From contig JBGSZS010000007.1 of the NCBI GenBank assembly GCA_041750285.1, positions 32,001-96,000 on the forward strand: a stretch of 64,000 bases of DNA. The letters run 5' to 3'. Below are positions 59,723 to 64,000 of the stretch, piece by piece; the stretch's first letter is position 1; the number at the start of each line of letters is the position of its first letter. The position numbers were made by a program, and so were the translations under genes. The notes beneath the pieces are model-generated. The model was not told the origin of the DNA. It was given only the letters and a program-made list of their open reading frames with translations, and ran no database searches. This DNA is from Candidatus Fermentibacteraceae bacterium (GTDB taxonomy: Bacteria > Fermentibacterota > Fermentibacteria > Fermentibacterales > JCC-6).

Positions 59723-61687
59723 GTGATGGGTTTTCTGCTTCTTCTTCTCTGCGGCGCGTCACTCGTGCGAACAGTCAGCCCCGGTGATCCATGCGTTGCG
59801 TCATCCGGTGTTCCGGGGTATGCCACCGTTTCACTCGGGAACGCCAGGAGGGCTTCGCTTCCCGGCCATCCCCTCCTTCCGCTCGTACCCGTGATCATGG
59901 CGGTGTACGGTGAACCCGGCGATGTATCGGTGAGCCTTGACGGGTTCGTCTCGGTTCATCTTCCGCTTCCGGTCGAGCCCGCATTCAACCTCAGGCCGAT
60001 CGGCTCGGATCTCCCGCGGACGGTGATACCCGATCCTGCGATTTACCTCTCCGCCCTGGATTATCCCGCAAGCCCCCTTGCTGCAGTCAGCACCGGCAGG
60101 CTCATGGGGGTGACGCTGGTCACTGCCCTCGTCAGCCCCTGGAGGTACAACCCGCAGAACGGCACCCTCTTAATGGCCCGGCAAATCACGGCAACCCTCG
60201 AGTATTCTCCTGAGGCTTCAGGAAGGACCCTGTCCTCCCTTCAGGCCGAAGCGGCCCAGAGGCGTATCCTCGCCATCACCGGGACAGATCCGCCCCCCAT
60301 CCCCCCGGGAGGATCCGGTATCTGCGAGTATCTGATCATCACCGGAGACTCTTACCTGCCAGTCGTGCAGCCCCTGCTCGACCTCCAGGCAGCACGGGGC
60401 CTCACTGCAAAGGCCGTGGGAATGAGCCAGGTCGTCATGGGTTACGGGGGAGTGCGGGAGTGCGTCCGCTGGCATTACGAGAACGAGGGCACCCTTTTCG
60501 TGCTGCTGGCGGGTGATGCATCGATCGTTCCCGCTGAAGAGTTTCTGGTGGGTTGTGAGAACCTTTACGAATACGCTCCCACAGACCTTTACTACGCCTG
60601 CCTCGACGGTGACTGGGACGGCGACGGCGACGGCATTCCTGGCCAGCCCCAGGACGATCCCGACCTCTATCCCGAAGTCATTCTCGGCAGGGCTCTCTTC
60701 TCCAGCTGCACGGGTGCCCAGGCCTTCATCGACAAGACCGTAGCCTATAGCACCGCCCCTCCTTCGGGAGGCTGGGCATCGACCGCCGTCCTCAACGGGG
60801 GCAACCTGTTTCCCGACATCGGGTACACCGGCGCGAAGGGATGTGAGGAGATGGCCCGGTACTTCCCCGATGACTGGGAGATCGTAAGGTCGTACGAGTT
60901 CGGGATCGGTGACTACCCCGACACCTTCTTCGAGCCAATTGCCGCCGGCGCCGGCTGGAACAACCATGCGGGTCACGGGAATGACAGGGGCGTTTACTGG
61001 GCAACATTTGCCAGCCAGATAAAGGTGGCCGACCAGAACAGGCTCCAGAACGGTTTCAGGTCGGGAATACACACCAGCATAGCCTGTCATCCCGGCGATT
61101 TCACTCACCCCGGAACATGCCTTGCCAAGATGCTTCTGCACCACGAAGACGGCGGGGCGGTGGCTGTTGCGATGAACACCAGCTGGGGATGGGAGGGCTA
61201 CTGGCCCGAACTGGGCCCCAGCGAGGACATGTGCACCGACATGGTTCGACTGGTGTTCCAGGAGCATGTGCCGACCCTCGGCGAAGCCGTGACAACCGCC
61301 CGTGATATCCAGGTCCCCCTGACGTCCGGGGGCTATGACAGAACGTTCCAGTCCCTGCTGGTGTTCAGCGCGTTCATGGATCCGGCCCTTTCCGTTCTTC
61401 AGGTGACCACCCCCCCCCCTCCGCCTCCTCCGGTTCAGATCAGGGTCGGGCTTGCCGGGACCAATCCCGCAACAAATGGCCGGGTGCTGTTCGAAGTTGA
61501 TTTTATCGATGGTCCTGTTGAACTGAACGTGTTCGACATAGCAGGCAGGCTTGTGCACAGCGCCACTCTTCAGAACCCGGGCACGACTGAATGGAACTGT
61601 TCGGGCATGCCGGTCGGGCTGTACACGGCCGTTGCCCGAAGGGGCGGCTACGTGGGCAGGGCGAGGGTTACTGTCCTGAGGCCCTGA
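59723..61687 (+). CDS. C25 (gingipain-like) cysteine peptidase with propeptide and T9SS-type CTD
   Basis: 'YLIIT', 'VLLAGD', 'TDLYYACLDG', 'PEVILGR', His 'NHAGHG', Cys 'SIACH'; Pro linker; CTD 'NP...FDIAGR...GLY'. Confidence 0.88.
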   Translation: MMGFLLLLLCGASLVRTVSPGDPCVASSGVPGYATVSLGNARRASLPGHPLLPLVPVIMAVYGEPGDVSVSLDGFVSVHLPLPVEPAFNLRPIGSDLPRTVIPDPAIYLSALDYPASPLAAVSTGRLMGVTLVTALVSPWRYNPQNGTLLMARQITATLEYSPEASGRTLSSLQAEAAQRRILAITGTDPPPIPPGGSGICEYLIITGDSYLPVVQPLLDLQAARGLTAKAVGMSQVVMGYGGVRECVRWHYENEGTLFVLLAGDASIVPAEEFLVGCENLYEYAPTDLYYACLDGDWDGDGDGIPGQPQDDPDLYPEVILGRALFSSCTGAQAFIDKTVAYSTAPPSGGWASTAVLNGGNLFPDIGYTGAKGCEEMARYFPDDWEIVRSYEFGIGDYPDTFFEPIAAGAGWNNHAGHGNDRGVYWATFASQIKVADQNRLQNGFRSGIHTSIACHPGDFTHPGTCLAKMLLHHEDGGAVAVAMNTSWGWEGYWPELGPSEDMCTDMVRLVFQEHVPTLGEAVTTARDIQVPLTSGGYDRTFQSLLVFSAFMDPALSVLQVTTPPPPPPPVQIRVGLAGTNPATNGRVLFEVDFIDGPVELNVFDIAGRLVHSATLQNPGTTEWNCSGMPVGLYTAVARRGGYVGRARVTVLRP

Positions 61688-61688
61688 T

Positions 61689-62168
61689 CTAGTCCCTGTT
61701 CCTCAGGAAGCGGGCCGGGTTGCCAGCCACGACCGCGCCCGCAGGAACATCCCTGGTGACAACCGCCCCGGCTCCGATCACGGCACCCTTCCCGATCCTG
61801 ACTGGAAGGATCGTGGAGTTAGATCCGATGCTCACGCCGTCTTCAACTATTGTCTTCTTCCACATGCCTGGGTCGGCCTGGGGAGGGTAGACATCGTTGA
61901 TGAACATCACGCCGTGGCCTATGAAGCAGTCGTTTCCAATGGTTACGAGCTCGCAGATGAAGCTGTGGCTCTGAACCCTGGTTCGGTCACCGATCACAAC
62001 ACCCTTCTGTATCTCGCAGAAGCAGCCCACCATGCAGTTACGGCCCAGCCGGCAGCCGTACATGTTCACGAAGTTCCAGACCTTGGTGCCTTCGCCAATC
62101 TCGCAGTCGTTGACTATCTGCAGGGGATTCTCGGTGGAATCCTCTTTCCTCTTGCCAAAGAAGGGCAT
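61689..62168 (-). CDS. Hexapeptide-repeat acyltransferase (sugar N-acetyltransferase-like)
   Basis: Left-handed beta-helix repeats, 'FIGHGVMFIND', 'IGAGAVVTRDVP...VAGNPAR'. Confidence 0.9.
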   Translation of the reverse strand: MPFFGKRKEDSTENPLQIVNDCEIGEGTKVWNFVNMYGCRLGRNCMVGCFCEIQKGVVIGDRTRVQSHSFICELVTIGNDCFIGHGVMFINDVYPPQADPGMWKKTIVEDGVSIGSNSTILPVRIGKGAVIGAGAVVTRDVPAGAVVAGNPARFLRNRD

Positions 62169-62242
62169 AGCGATCCCCTTTCAATTGAGTTTGAAGAGTA
62201 TGTTCGGTGGGAACATATTACACGGACACCCCGGGAGGAACA

Positions 62243-64000
62243 GTGCGGGAAAGAATTCGCAACTTCTGCATAATCGCCCATATCGATCACGGCAAGTCAA
62301 CGCTGGCGGACCGGCTCCTTCAGATGACCCACACGGTGAACGACAGGGAATTCCACGACCAGATGCTTGACTCCATGGACATCGAGAGGGAGCGCGGCAT
62401 CACCATAAAAAGCACCGCCGTCACGATGGACTACACCAGCAGGGCAGGTGATGCATACGTACTGAACCTTATCGACACTCCAGGCCACGTCGATTTCAGC
62501 TACGAGGTCTCAAGGGCCATGGCGAGCTGCGAGGGAGCACTCCTGGTGATCGACGCCGCACAGGGGGTCGAGGCGCAGACTGTCGCCAACCTCTTCAAGG
62601 CAATGGAGCACAACCTCACTATCATACCCGTCATCAACAAGATAGACCTTCCATCAGCCTCGATCGAGGAAACCCTCGACGAGGTCGAGAACGAACTCGG
62701 GCTCGACCCCGACGATGCTGTCATGGTCAGCGCCAAGACCGGCCAGAACGTGGCGGACCTTCTGGAAACGATCATAGAGAAGATCCCTCCCCCTTCAGGC
62801 GATTCCGGGGGAGTTCTCAGGGCCAGGGTGTTCGACTCCGTCTTCGATCCGTACCGGGGTGTGGTGGTTTACTTCAGGGTGGCGGAGGGAACCATTCAGG
62901 CCCGTGACGACATCAGGCTCATGGCGCCCGGGTCCGACTACCGGCTGGAAGAGATCGGTTACCTGAGGATAGGCAGGGAACCCAGGAAGAGCCTTGAAGC
63001 AGGCGAGGTGGGCTACCTCATCGCGGGCATCAAAAGCGTGGGCGAGGTCAGGAGCGGCGACACCGTTACAAGCGCCCTCAACCCCGCCACCGAATCCCTC
63101 CCCGGTTACGAGGAGGCGAAGCCGGTGGTGTTCAGTTCGATCTTTCCGGTGACCACCGAGGACTACGACGACCTTGCCTCGGCGATCGAGAGGCTCAAGC
63201 TCAACGACGCGAGCCTTACCTTCGAGAAGGTCAGCTCCACCGGCCTGGGGTTTGGTTTCAGGTGCGGCTTTCTCGGCCTTCTGCACCTCGAGGTGGTCCA
63301 GGAGAGGCTCGAGCGGGAGTTCGACCTCAGCCTTGTCCTCACGGCGCCAACCGTTCTTTGCAGGATAACCCTCAGCAACGGCTCGGTCATCTTCCTCGAC
63401 AACCCGCTGCTTTATCCCGACCCTTCCCAGATAGTGTTGACCGAAGAACCCTACATCAAGGCGTCCATAATCATGCCGGACAGGTACATCGGCCCTGTGA
63501 CCAACCTTCTTCTCGACCGCAGGGCCGAGAACTACGCCAACATGTACGTGGGCAGGCAGAGGGTCGAGATCAAGGCCGAGCTCCCGCTTTCAGAAGTGGT
63601 GTACGACTTCTACGACAAGCTCAAGTCCATCACCCAGGGGTACGGCTCTTTCGACTACGAACCCGGTGATTACAGGAAGAGCGACCTGGTGAAGGTCGAT
63701 ATCATGGTGAACCACGAGAGGGTCGACGCCCTCTCGATGCTGGTCCACAGGAACCGCGCCGGAAGCTGGGCCAGGAGCGCCTGCGAAAACCTGAAGGAAG
63801 AGATACCCAAACAGCAGTTCAAGATCCCCATCCAGGGGGCAATCGGCGGAACCATCATCGCCAGGACCACGATAAGCGCCCTCCGCAAGGATGTGACCGC
63901 CAAATGCTACGGCGGCGACATAACAAGGAAGAGAAAGCTGCTGGACAAGCAGAAGGAGGGCAAGAAGAGGATGAAGATGGTGGGCAAGGTCATGATCCCC
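62243..64000 (+). CDS. lepA: Elongation factor 4 LepA (3' end outside the window)
   Basis: Manual translation from GTG after GGGAGG: 'RIRNFCIIAHIDHGKSTLADRL', 'ERERGITIK', 'LIDTPGHVDF', 'GFRCGFLGLLH', 'KCYGGDITRKRKLL'. Confidence 0.97.
   Translation, partial: MRERIRNFCIIAHIDHGKSTLADRLLQMTHTVNDREFHDQMLDSMDIERERGITIKSTAVTMDYTSRAGDAYVLNLIDTPGHVDFSYEVSRAMASCEGALLVIDAAQGVEAQTVANLFKAMEHNLTIIPVINKIDLPSASIEETLDEVENELGLDPDDAVMVSAKTGQNVADLLETIIEKIPPPSGDSGGVLRARVFDSVFDPYRGVVVYFRVAEGTIQARDDIRLMAPGSDYRLEEIGYLRIGREPRKSLEAGEVGYLIAGIKSVGEVRSGDTVTSALNPATESLPGYEEAKPVVFSSIFPVTTEDYDDLASAIERLKLNDASLTFEKVSSTGLGFGFRCGFLGLLHLEVVQERLEREFDLSLVLTAPTVLCRITLSNGSVIFLDNPLLYPDPSQIVLTEEPYIKASIIMPDRYIGPVTNLLLDRRAENYANMYVGRQRVEIKAELPLSEVVYDFYDKLKSITQGYGSFDYEPGDYRKSDLVKVDIMVNHERVDALSMLVHRNRAGSWARSACENLKEEIPKQQFKIPIQGAIGGTIIARTTISALRKDVTAKCYGGDITRKRKLLDKQKEGKKRMKMVGKVMIP

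Overview
A gene-dense, GC-rich bacterial chromosomal window with no CRISPR array, rRNA, transposase or phage genes that I could recognise. It has three kinds of content. (1) Housekeeping genes: partial queA, guaB, carD, hflX, tldD/pmbA, lpdA, mazG, corA, pyrG-purF-guaA, tatD-like, tcdA-like, tRNA-Sec (selC), glgP and partial lepA. (2) Many secreted or envelope proteins, seven of which carry a C-terminal T9SS/FlgD-Ig-like sorting domain: two S8 proteases, two CotH kinases, two beta-helix proteins and one C25 gingipain. This points to an FCB-group bacterium, perhaps Ca. Fermentibacteria, which is an inference only. (3) The most notable loci. A tightly coupled operon (32194-42999) encodes a porin, a VTC polyphosphate polymerase, DUF4956, an apparently active CotH kinase and a probable CotH pseudokinase, two beta-helix proteins and ThiF. 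It is a candidate system for polyphosphate export and extracellular phosphorylation. A strongly codon-biased secreted protein ending in 'SWGSIKSLF' lies between a foldase-like lipoprotein and an active/inactive transglutaminase pair, a candidate new sorting or anchoring system. Two ~154-bp palindromic MITE/REPIN-like elements start at the stop codons of tandem protease paralogues, and their interiors are in opposite orientations. Several degenerate pseudo-enzymes are also present. All calls come from motif recognition by eye; no searches were run.
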